Positions 54,844 through 64,000 of a stretch of 64,000 nucleotides of DNA are shown here, piece by piece; position 1 is the first letter of the stretch; the number at the start of each line of letters is the position of its first letter. Made by a program: the position numbers and the translations under genes. The stretch covers positions 1 to 64,000 of the forward strand of contig JAPEUD010000074.1 in NCBI GenBank assembly GCA_026026165.1, read 5' to 3'. The DNA is from Sarea resinae. Lineage: Eukaryota. Under the pieces are notes generated by a model that was not told the origin of the DNA, did no database searches, and saw nothing but the letters and a program-made list of their open reading frames with translations.

Positions 54844-55779
54844 ATGGCAAGGCCACGAATTAGATTTCTCTGCTTTCCCCTCCTCCTCGGTATGTCATTA
54901 TCCAATCGTCGGCATCTTCCCATCCCCAACTAACAGGCCCGTCCCAGCTCCACTCGCTACGGCCCAACAGTCTCCTACCACGTCCTCTCCAGAGCAAGTA
55001 GCTGCTGAAAGCCATCGACAACACGTCATCATCGCACATGGCCTAGTCATGGGCCTGGCATTTGCCGTGTTCTACCCGCTCGGCGCGCTGGTCATGGCCG
55101 TGTTCCGCTTCCGGGGCGTGGTCTGGGTGCATGCTGCAGTGCAGGCATTTGCATACCTCATGATAGTCGCTGGAGTCGGGATGGGTATCTGGATCGCAAG
55201 AGGCGAAGGCGAGGTATGTTTTCCATGTCCTATTGCCGCCCACTCTGGCTCGTTGATCTTTTGGTAATAATGCTGCTTGCGGACCTGCTATGATTCTGCC
55301 GCGGTCTATGCTAACGGAGAACCCCGCGCTGGGATGGTCAGTTGAATGCGTTTAATGGGCACCCGACCATTGGCATCATAGTATTCGGTCTCATGACCTT
55401 CCAGCCCTTCCTCGGTCTCGCCGCCCACAGGTCGCACGTCTTAGAGTCTTCGCCCTCATCCTCAGTCTCCTCCATATCGGCCCAAAAGGCCCAGCCAGCA
55501 CCCCTCAAGGCCACGGTCCCAACACACGTTTGGCTGGGTCGCGTGCTGATAATACTTGGCATTATCAATGGTGGTCTCGGATTGCAGCTAAGCGCGAACA
55601 CGACGAAGGGTGAGATCGCGTATGGTATCATTGCGGGGGTATTGGGGACGCTGTATCTGGTTGTTGGGCTCGGGGTTTGGTTATTTGGAAGGGGTAATGG
55701 GGAGAAGGTACAGAATGGCCAAGGACAAGGCCAGGAAACAAAGGCTGAAATGAGAAAGGGGGAGAATGTGGAGGTATAG
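54844..55779 (+). CDS. Cytochrome b561-like membrane protein with signal peptide (3 exons)
   Basis: Heme-ligand-like His in AHGLVMGLAF, WVHAAVQ, GHPTIG and THVWLGR; QPFLG and INGGLGL motifs. Introns restore the frame from ATG 54844. Confidence 0.8.
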
Positions 55780-56289
55780 GCCGTGTGCGACCAAGTCGGA
55801 AGGTGGGCTAGGTTTTGAGATATGATGTGCAATGGGATGAACCATAATGGATCGAAGAGCCGACCATGCAATGTTTGATGGCTTGCTGCTCATGACATCC
55901 ACATAAATCGGGTATTCAGGATAATTGGTGTTTAGGGGTCGTGTGGTCTCCGTTATCGCCTTGATATTTGACGGAGGGCCCCATATCATTTAAGTATTTA
56001 TAATGACGGCAGACGCTCGATTCAGCTCTTAGGTAGTCGGCAAGTTGGACGATTGATTCTAGACCAACAACGTTCCACAATTCAGCAGCCGTGTATTGAT
56101 TCCGGGCTAACGCATTGTTTCCAGAAGCAACGTTGATTGTATATTGCTTCTGATGAGCCATTTAGCAATACAGCCCTAGTGTATGCCTCCCAGAAAAGTC
56201 AAGTACAAACCTCGCCGGGACACCTGCTACGCCTTTCCACAACTTAAATCACTAGTACCCCATTCTCATAAGTAGCAAAATTTTCTGAT

Positions 56290-58367
56290 TTATTCCGTCT
56301 TTCCCGTGTGCTCGAGAATGGTCTTGATCATCTCATTACCCACGCGCGTCGCCTCGGCGAACCGTGGCGCGAAATACTCCTGGATCCCTTCGAACCGATC
56401 GCGGTAGCTTGCGAAGTCACCGAAACTGACGCAGTCGCTCCAGCCCTGTAAGCGTGTTCTCAGTAATATTCCCTGCAATCAGATCTCTACTAGCAACATG
56501 GACGAGATGAGATGAGAAAGTAACTTACCCTCGCGGCAAATGTGAACTCTAGGTCATCAGATCGGAAAGTGTTGTCTTCAATGGCAGTACGGATGACTTC
56601 GTCGAGGAGGTCGGGCTTGCGGAAGAGATACTCGGTCACACCGAGCCAAAGACGAAATAACTATATCCGAAAGAGTGATCAGCACGATGCCTCCTGACGA
56701 AGGGGACACTGCCCAGGCCCGTCTCGGGGGTAGGAACTAGCACGCAGCGGTACTTACAGGAGTGGAGCAAATCATATGGTCATAGGGAACAATGCCCAGT
56801 CTCCACCAACAGTCCACCATAGCCAGGAGACTAAGGTGATTGTTGGGCGTGCGCTCCTTCGGGATCTTGCCCAAGGAAAAGCGATCGAGAACCTCGTCTC
56901 GTAGCAGCAAATCCTCCTCGCTGCGGTCAGTCCCGAAGACCGCGGCGCCGGCGGTCCGGATGCGCTTCTCGAGCTCTTCACGATGGCCGCCGAGCATGAG
57001 CTTAAATAGCTCCGTCACGGATTCGGCGTACTGCCTGATCTGCTTCTTGGCGGCGGGATTAAGGATAGCGAGACCGGCGTAGACGTGCCATTTGTTCGAG
57101 TAGATTCGGAGCGTCACATTGATCTTAACATTCTCTATTCCGCCAACGTAGCGGTTGATCTCCCAGGGGAATTGGTTGTTGGCTCGCCAGGCCGTGCCCA
57201 TGCTAGACAAAAACATTCAGCTTCACTATCCGATACGACCTTGCTCTGATGTTCACCTTAGAAAAGCAGCATGAGTGACTGCTTGGGTGTCCGCCGTTAT
57301 CCGGTCATGTTTCTCCGCTGTGAGATAGACGTGCTTGGAGCGGAAGCAGGACAGGATCTTCTCGACCAAGTTGAATTTATCTTGAGAAGCTCGGTGTTTG
57401 ATAAGCACCTTCGCGCCATTCTAGTCAGCATGTATGCTCCGAACTTGTGTCTGAAAGATTCTGACCAGGGGCTGTCCCTTGGGATCTACGTTAGGTCCAT
57501 GAAGTGAGTGGCAAGATATAATCTCGACGTCTTCTGGAAGGTGCTTCTCGAATGCGGAGATCTCTGGTGCTTTGCAAGATGTCTGGCCACCAACTATAGC
57601 ACCCTGTTTCGTAGCTGGAAGTGCATGAGCATGTTACAGTCGATAGGTTTGGCTCAATGAGTAGTGATGGGCATACATGGTCCATATTGGGCGACTACTT
57701 TTTCTATAGTCTCAGCCTCAACACTATAGATTATGTAGTCGCTCGACCTTGACACGAGGTGGCCGTTCGGATAGATATGTACGTTCTTCTACAAGGACAC
57801 TCAGCATCCACTGATATAATCTATTTACAAAGTAACATTTTACCCTCGACTCAAACTCTACTTTCAGGTCCTCAAACTTGTCTGCTCTATCGCAAGCGTT
57901 GACCCTGGAAAACTCCAAACGTTGATCAGCTAACTTGGGCGTCGTAAGTAAAGCAGAATGAGTACGGGAGCATCTATTATCTTGGTTAGTGGCTGGCCAT
58001 AGCAAGACATCGAGCAGTAAAATAGAACAGAGCAGGTAATTGCGTTTCAGACAAAGTATAAAAAGGTAGCTGAGATGTTACATCATCGACAGCCAAGCGG
58101 CAAGTCTGGAACCAAAATGGCGACCAGACCCGCTGAATGGCCGTACTCGAGCCAAATGCACTCAAGTCATCATTGCAAAGGGAACAAGAAGATGAGAAGG
58201 GAAAGCTTACCATATGACAGTGCTCCAGATCTGTTTCAGGCCACCTGTACGGTTAATGCAGTGACTGAGGCGCTATTTCTTTACCTCCATCCAGCTTCAC
58301 TGATCCTCCTCGCATACATCTTCCCCATGTCCCCCATGCCAATGATCCCAACGGCAATATCCTCCAT
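56290..58367 (-). CDS. TYR1: Prephenate dehydrogenase (NADP+)
   Basis: Rossmann motif IIGMGDMG, GWR-VNACD across intron 1, GGQTSCK, HSLHGP, HDRITADTQAVTH and GGIENVK. Confidence 0.95.
58040..58178 (-). ncRNA. snR13: Box C/D snoRNA, snR13 homologue, inside TYR1 intron 1
   Basis: C-box ATGATGA (58167-58173), then TGAGTGCATTTGGCTCGAGT and AGCTACCTTTTTATACTTTGTCTGA, closely matching yeast snR13 as I recall it. Both guide elements are complementary to LSU rRNA AAGGUAGCCAAAUGC. Terminal TTGC/GCAA stem. Confidence 0.9.
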
Positions 58368-58822
58368 TGTAGGAAGAGAAAAGCAGCTTGACCGTCGAAT
58401 AGAATCGAGTGTCTGCTAATCTGCGGATGAGATCCAACGCACGGGTGAGCAAAGCACTGACCGCCTTCCTTTTGGGGTAATGCAGTCTGTGTCTCGAAGC
58501 TCGACGAGGCGTTGTCACTCTTGAGATTGACGCAAGATGATGAAGAAAGAAAATGAGGTACGAAGAGTAGGATGTTTGGCTTTCTTTGTAGTCAATTGTA
58601 AGCGAGAAAGCTCCTCACGGTAATTGCCGTTCGTTCGTTTCCGAGCTCGGCTCTCCAGCTTCCTTAAGGTATTGTTGTACCCTAAGCGACATGGAAAAAT
58701 TAGGGCACACTAACGGAATGACCTTTTTTGCCGACTGATCTTCAAGACGAACGAAGAGCGAAAGAGAGACGACGACGTCGACAACAACAAACCCCTCCAG
58801 GACCACCGACAAACGATTCAAA

Positions 58823-59530
<708 letters not shown>

Positions 59531-60069
59531 ATTACTGGAGGCTTTCTGGGTTATCTTTACTGGGGAGATTATTCGATGTTGGTGACAAAAACGAGAAGAA
59601 CGGCTTTGGCCTGGTCTTCATTTTTCTACCTTGTCACATGAGCTCGATGAGAATTGTCGGAATAGATAATCAAATCAGTCACAACATCAGTATCATTATT
59701 GTGCAGTATTCTGGGTAGATTGCTTGTAATATGCATGTGCCTGTGGATGCTTCCCTGAGCAGTCACGAGGAGATAATAGGGTAATCGCTTATCGTGTCTA
59801 AATATGTCATTTGGTCTTAGCAATACAATAGAGATCTTCATTCCAAGCCGGCCAGCAGTCTTGCGACACCCTCGGACAGGTGCAAGATTGGTTTGAAGCA
59901 GAAGCTGCTCCCAGATGCGGAGGAGAGCGATGCAGTCTCAAGACGTTGCGGCATAGTCCGTAGATTGACTGGCACTGAATGATCCCAAGAGACTACACTT
60001 TTAACACAATCACACATCCCACTCGCAACATCTTATCTCTACGCAGGAATCATTTCGTCCTCCCGTGCC

Positions 60070-61308
60070 ATGGAAGACACTAATCAATCTGTGGTTCTGA
60101 TGCTGGACTTGCCTGCGAAATCCTTGTGTGGGATAAATCTGCTCTCATTCACTACCAATCCCAAATTTCAAGGCATCAAAGGCCTACCTCCGGGTATCCA
60201 CTTCATTTTCACGGGCGCCACGAACTCGTTCTCTGTCCGTCATGGAGTCTGGTTCAGGATTGAGAGGCCCAATTCTACCGACCCCATTGATGTGGTTATC
60301 AAAAAGTGGGATGCTGAAAGGGAAGAGCTCGTTGACGAGACAGACAAAGCTGAACAGCTTCGCTGGAGGGCTAACCTTGGTACCATCTGGAATGACCGTC
60401 TCACGCCGTATCGTCAGTCCGCCGCCACTAAAGAGTCTCAGGAAGATGGAGCGCTTGTGGAGCAGAAGGGTGATTGGGGGCGTCTGTCTGACTTCGTCAC
60501 CTCTACGTTGCTTTCTAGGATCCTTGGAGGAGAATGGAATGACTGGAAAATTACCTCTGCCAGCTCGGCCAAAGAGGACATGGAGGATATTGCCGGTCTG
60601 TCACAAAGGAGTCCACCAAGCAGTATACAGCCTGAAAAAGTACTCAAATTCCTCCCCATCAACCTCAAGGAAACCTGGAGGGCCGGGGCGACTGGCCGAG
60701 AGCGAACGGAGGGTGCTCAGGACCGCTCTTGGGCACTTGGAAACGTCATCAGTAATTACTGCTCCTATGGCATAGCAGAGGAAGTCATCGGCGAGATGCA
60801 GTTCTCATTCCTGATGGTCCTGACCTTGAACAATTTCTCTTGTCTAGAGCAGTGGAAACGCATCCTCAGTCTAATGTTTACCTGCTCAAGTGCAATCGCA
60901 GAGCGCCCGGAGCTCTATATCCGCCTCTTAGAGTGCCTGAATCTCCAATTGCACCACCACGACGACATTGAAGGGGGCCTTCTGGGGTTGGAAGACGAGA
61001 CTGGGGTCATGATCCGGCGCCTGTTGAAGATCTTCCGCCGGAACTTGGATGACGTCTTTTCTCCGCCCCTACTCTCGGTGCGCAACTCTCTCGACGAACT
61101 TGAGGCCTTTCTTAAATCCGAATTTGATTGGTACCTCAGCGATTCATGGGTTCGAAGTGGCATGCTCGAGCTCGAGGACGGCGAACAGGTCGAGATGGAC
61201 ACCATCGATATGGAAGATGAGGATGAGACGGGCGAGTACGCGCCTGTCGTTTTGGATCTTGAGGCGCTGCCGAAAAGCATCCATGATTCTGATAGCGATG
61301 GTTATTAA
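60070..61308 (+). CDS. AAR2: Aar2 U5 snRNP assembly factor (single exon)
   Basis: GINLLSFTTNPKFQGIKGLPPGIHFI, DRSWAL, GEMQFSFLMVLTLNNFSCLEQWKR, and acidic C-terminal EYAPVV. Confidence 0.92.
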   Translation: MEDTNQSVVLMLDLPAKSLCGINLLSFTTNPKFQGIKGLPPGIHFIFTGATNSFSVRHGVWFRIERPNSTDPIDVVIKKWDAEREELVDETDKAEQLRWRANLGTIWNDRLTPYRQSAATKESQEDGALVEQKGDWGRLSDFVTSTLLSRILGGEWNDWKITSASSAKEDMEDIAGLSQRSPPSSIQPEKVLKFLPINLKETWRAGATGRERTEGAQDRSWALGNVISNYCSYGIAEEVIGEMQFSFLMVLTLNNFSCLEQWKRILSLMFTCSSAIAERPELYIRLLECLNLQLHHHDDIEGGLLGLEDETGVMIRRLLKIFRRNLDDVFSPPLLSVRNSLDELEAFLKSEFDWYLSDSWVRSGMLELEDGEQVEMDTIDMEDEDETGEYAPVVLDLEALPKSIHDSDSDGY

Positions 61309-62116
61309 GGGCGCACTGTATTGTCTCTATAGAATGCCTCGATCGGAGGGTCAGCCAACGATTTCACGACCTTTAATGATACTGTGCGTCAGGTTTAAGA
61401 TACTGGGTTCAGGGGCCCCTCCATGGCTGATTGGCTCTGCCATCCGACATTGCTCATGCACTCCCTCACGGCGCTAGCGCTCGTGCCTATTGCCAATACC
61501 TTCCTACCCACTGTACCTAGGTGATTCCAGCCTCTTTTATATACTCCTTCTAAGTTCATAGCCGTTTCACTCGAATTGCTATCCCCTCTCAAACGAAAAT
61601 TCACCACGGTTGTTCTGGACTTGCAATGGCTGAACGGGATTGGAGAATATTACGTCTGGGCAAGCGGCTGTCATAAATTTTTGGGTGGACGGCGATATGC
61701 GCAATGGAATAGAGCTAGGGTTGTGACAGGTATGGAAACAAACGCCTTGTGGAGATTCATGATTGAGGGAGACGGCGAATCTGAGACATTCTGATCGGGT
61801 TCGGGCTTAGAGGTCGTTTCTTCGCCGGTCTCAATAGGCGCTGGCAGCCTGATATTTGTCACCATGGTGTACAGCAGATAGAATTGGGTCGATGGTAGTA
61901 TGAGAGATTTGAAGGCCTGCGTCTCCTTTTTGCCCTTGGCTCTCCAATTTCCAGCATTCATTCATTCATTCGGGATAAGAAGCTCGACCCGTAGCATTCG
62001 TCACATTCGTTGGTTGGCTCTCCAAATGCTCCAATATAGCTTTAATTCGTGATCTTCAGCTATATACCGTAAATACACAATGCAAAGCCATCCATCCCCA
62101 TCCCCATTTGACCAGC

Positions 62117-62879
62117 TTAACGGTATGACTTTTGGTATCTGGCGCGAGCTCCCGGACCACCTGCAAAAACTTTTGTTAGAGACTGCTTCTTCATGTAATC
62201 TTCCAAAGATGTCGTTCTCACCAAACTTCTTCGGTTCGCAGCGACGGTTATCAGCAACTAATAGCGTTCGGTCGTATTGGACGAGGGCTTGCTTCAGTTG
62301 GTTCTTGGAGTGTTCGTCAATGAACTTCTGGTAGTATGCGACGATGGACTTGGCGATGGCTTGTCGGATGGCGTAAACCTGCGAGGTATGACCACCTCCA
62401 GAGACACGGACGCGGATGTCGACCATGGAAAATTTGTCCAGACCGAGGATGAGAAGAGGTTCGTAGACCTGCAAAAGTTGAGTCACCGGTCAGACACCGT
62501 ATGAAGCGCGGAAGAAGAGCTCCGCAAAAGAAAAACGCGGGATGAGCGCTGCTTGAATTATGGCTGTCGTACCTTGAATCGGAGGATCTCAGGCTGAGTG
62601 AGAGCAAGGGGCTTGCCGTTGACCTTGACCAGACCTTTACCCGCCTGTAAACCATGATATTAGCATTCGCTGAGGATATATTGAGCCTTATCGCCCGTCT
62701 GGATCCGTACCTTGCAGTGAGCGACGGCCGTAGCTATTGATGAACATCCATTAGCATCCCAGTCACAGCAAACACGGCCTCGCATTCGATTAGGCCAAGC
62801 AGCGCCCGGCTGAGTCCGTAGGAGTCGGCTTACCGGTCTTCTTCTTGCCGAAGCATTGGACACTCTGCGTAGAAGCCAT
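62117..62879 (-). CDS. RPS16: 40S ribosomal protein S16 (uS9), 5 exons
   Basis: [30 protein letters not shown] and [17 protein letters not shown]. Confidence 0.98.
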
Positions 62880-63227
62880 GGTGGATGAAATGGCCTGCGG
62901 CGAGCGGTCGTTCGTTGAGAAATCGTCAAGTGTCGTGGTGATGGTCGTCGTCGCGGGCGTCTTCAATCTTCCCTTTTCGCCAATTTCGATGTGCGCACTC
63001 GGTTGTCAGATTCGCTTATAATCTGCGCTAAGGGTTAAACCTCACTCAGCTAGGTAATTTAGCCGACTACCTTATCAATCGATCGCAGAGCCTCAGCTAA
63101 GAAATCTACTATGTACGAAGTACATACCGAGGCACCTCTCCTACCTCGTTTCTCAAGCTCAAAGCCCTTTCCGATATGGTAAAGTCGTGGGGTACCACCT
63201 GCTCAAGTGATAGTCTGCGTCTTCGCT

Positions 63228-64000
63228 ATGCTCCTCGCCTTTGGCTCAAATGGCGCTGGACAGCTAGGATTGGGCCATCGAGATGATACATCATTTCCCA
63301 CTCCCAGTACTCTGGCGTCCGTTGAGGATGCGGGACCGCCAACTATAATAGCGGCTGGAGGGAATCATACATTAGTCCTTTTTCCGTCCGGCGCGCTGTT
63401 CGCCACTGGGGATAATGGCAATGGAAGGGTTGGCATCAGTCCCTCCGATCACTGCTTAACATCGTTCACAAGAGTTCAATTTCAGGATTTGGATGGAAAT
63501 GTTGTCAATCGATTCAAGCTATGCTCCGCCACATGGGAATCATCTACCTTCGTCACCTCAGATGATATAGTTTACACTTGTGGCTCAGGCTCCAAGGGAG
63601 AGTTGGGCCAAGGAGAAGGGATCATCCACTCTCCGGGTCCGCGTCCCCTCATTGGCTTTCCCCCCGCGGGGACCGAAATCGTAGACCTAGCTGCGTGCAT
63701 GGGCCATACTGTTGCGGTGCTTACGAACGGGGACGTATACGGCTGGGGAAATGGCCGTAAAGGCCAGCTTGGCTGCCCCAACGTGATTGTTTGGACTCCC
63801 CGACCCATATATGGCTTACAGTTCAAGGCCATGAAGGTGGCATGCGGACGAGAGTTCACTTTCATGGTAGGCAAGCCCGAAGACGGCCTATATGCTATTC
63901 TTGGTGCGGATAAATGGGGCGTGAAATCTGCCGCTCCCACGACAGTATCGGGTTGGAAGGATATAGGCGCCAGCTGGGGCAGCATCTTCATGCTCTCGGC
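63228..64000 (+). CDS. RCC1-repeat protein, Ats1/Kti13-like (truncated by the window end)
   Basis: MLLAFGSNGAGQLGLGH, AAGGNHT, SATWESS, GSGSKGELG, WGNGRKGQLG, ACGREFT and GASWGS repeats. Confidence 0.82.
   Translation, partial: MLLAFGSNGAGQLGLGHRDDTSFPTPSTLASVEDAGPPTIIAAGGNHTLVLFPSGALFATGDNGNGRVGISPSDHCLTSFTRVQFQDLDGNVVNRFKLCSATWESSTFVTSDDIVYTCGSGSKGELGQGEGIIHSPGPRPLIGFPPAGTEIVDLAACMGHTVAVLTNGDVYGWGNGRKGQLGCPNVIVWTPRPIYGLQFKAMKVACGREFTFMVGKPEDGLYAILGADKWGVKSAAPTTVSGWKDIGASWGSIFMLS

Noticed and set aside
61395..61961. Short ORFs between AAR2 and RPS16
   Set aside because: They lie in convergent 3' UTR space, with no motif or consistent splice pattern to support a gene.

Overview
This is gene-dense, intron-rich DNA from a filamentous ascomycete (Pezizomycotina-type GT-AG introns with CTRAC/CTAAC branch points). 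I can support 25 protein-coding genes, mostly housekeeping: an Sfl1-type HSF factor, DUF3245, LSC2, an Atg22-like MFS, a Mae1-like malate transporter, an Ayr1-like SDR, beta-carbonic anhydrase, a membrane RING E3, a PHD protein, a DHA1 MFS, a secreted aspartic protease, RPL7, VPS22, eIF3c, RAD26/CSB, YAK1, a Psg1-like protein, a nitrilase-family hydrolase, eIF3l, a cytochrome b561-like protein, TYR1, RPS14, AAR2, RPS16 and a partial RCC1/Ats1-like gene. The most interesting signals are non-coding. An snR13-like box C/D snoRNA sits in what appears to be its own nested intron inside the 380-nt first intron of TYR1. An snR39/snR39b-family snoRNA lies in RPL7 intron 2. Other observations include structured ribosomal-protein introns, an 8-nt micro-exon, a GC-AG intron, shared TAGGG and CGAC motifs at five translation genes, a clustered TACCTNAGGTA palindrome, stop/start-overlapping uORFs, and a tRNA-like hairpin. 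I saw no intact transposon or CRISPR array. Gene models were spliced by eye, and family calls rest on remembered motifs rather than database searches.
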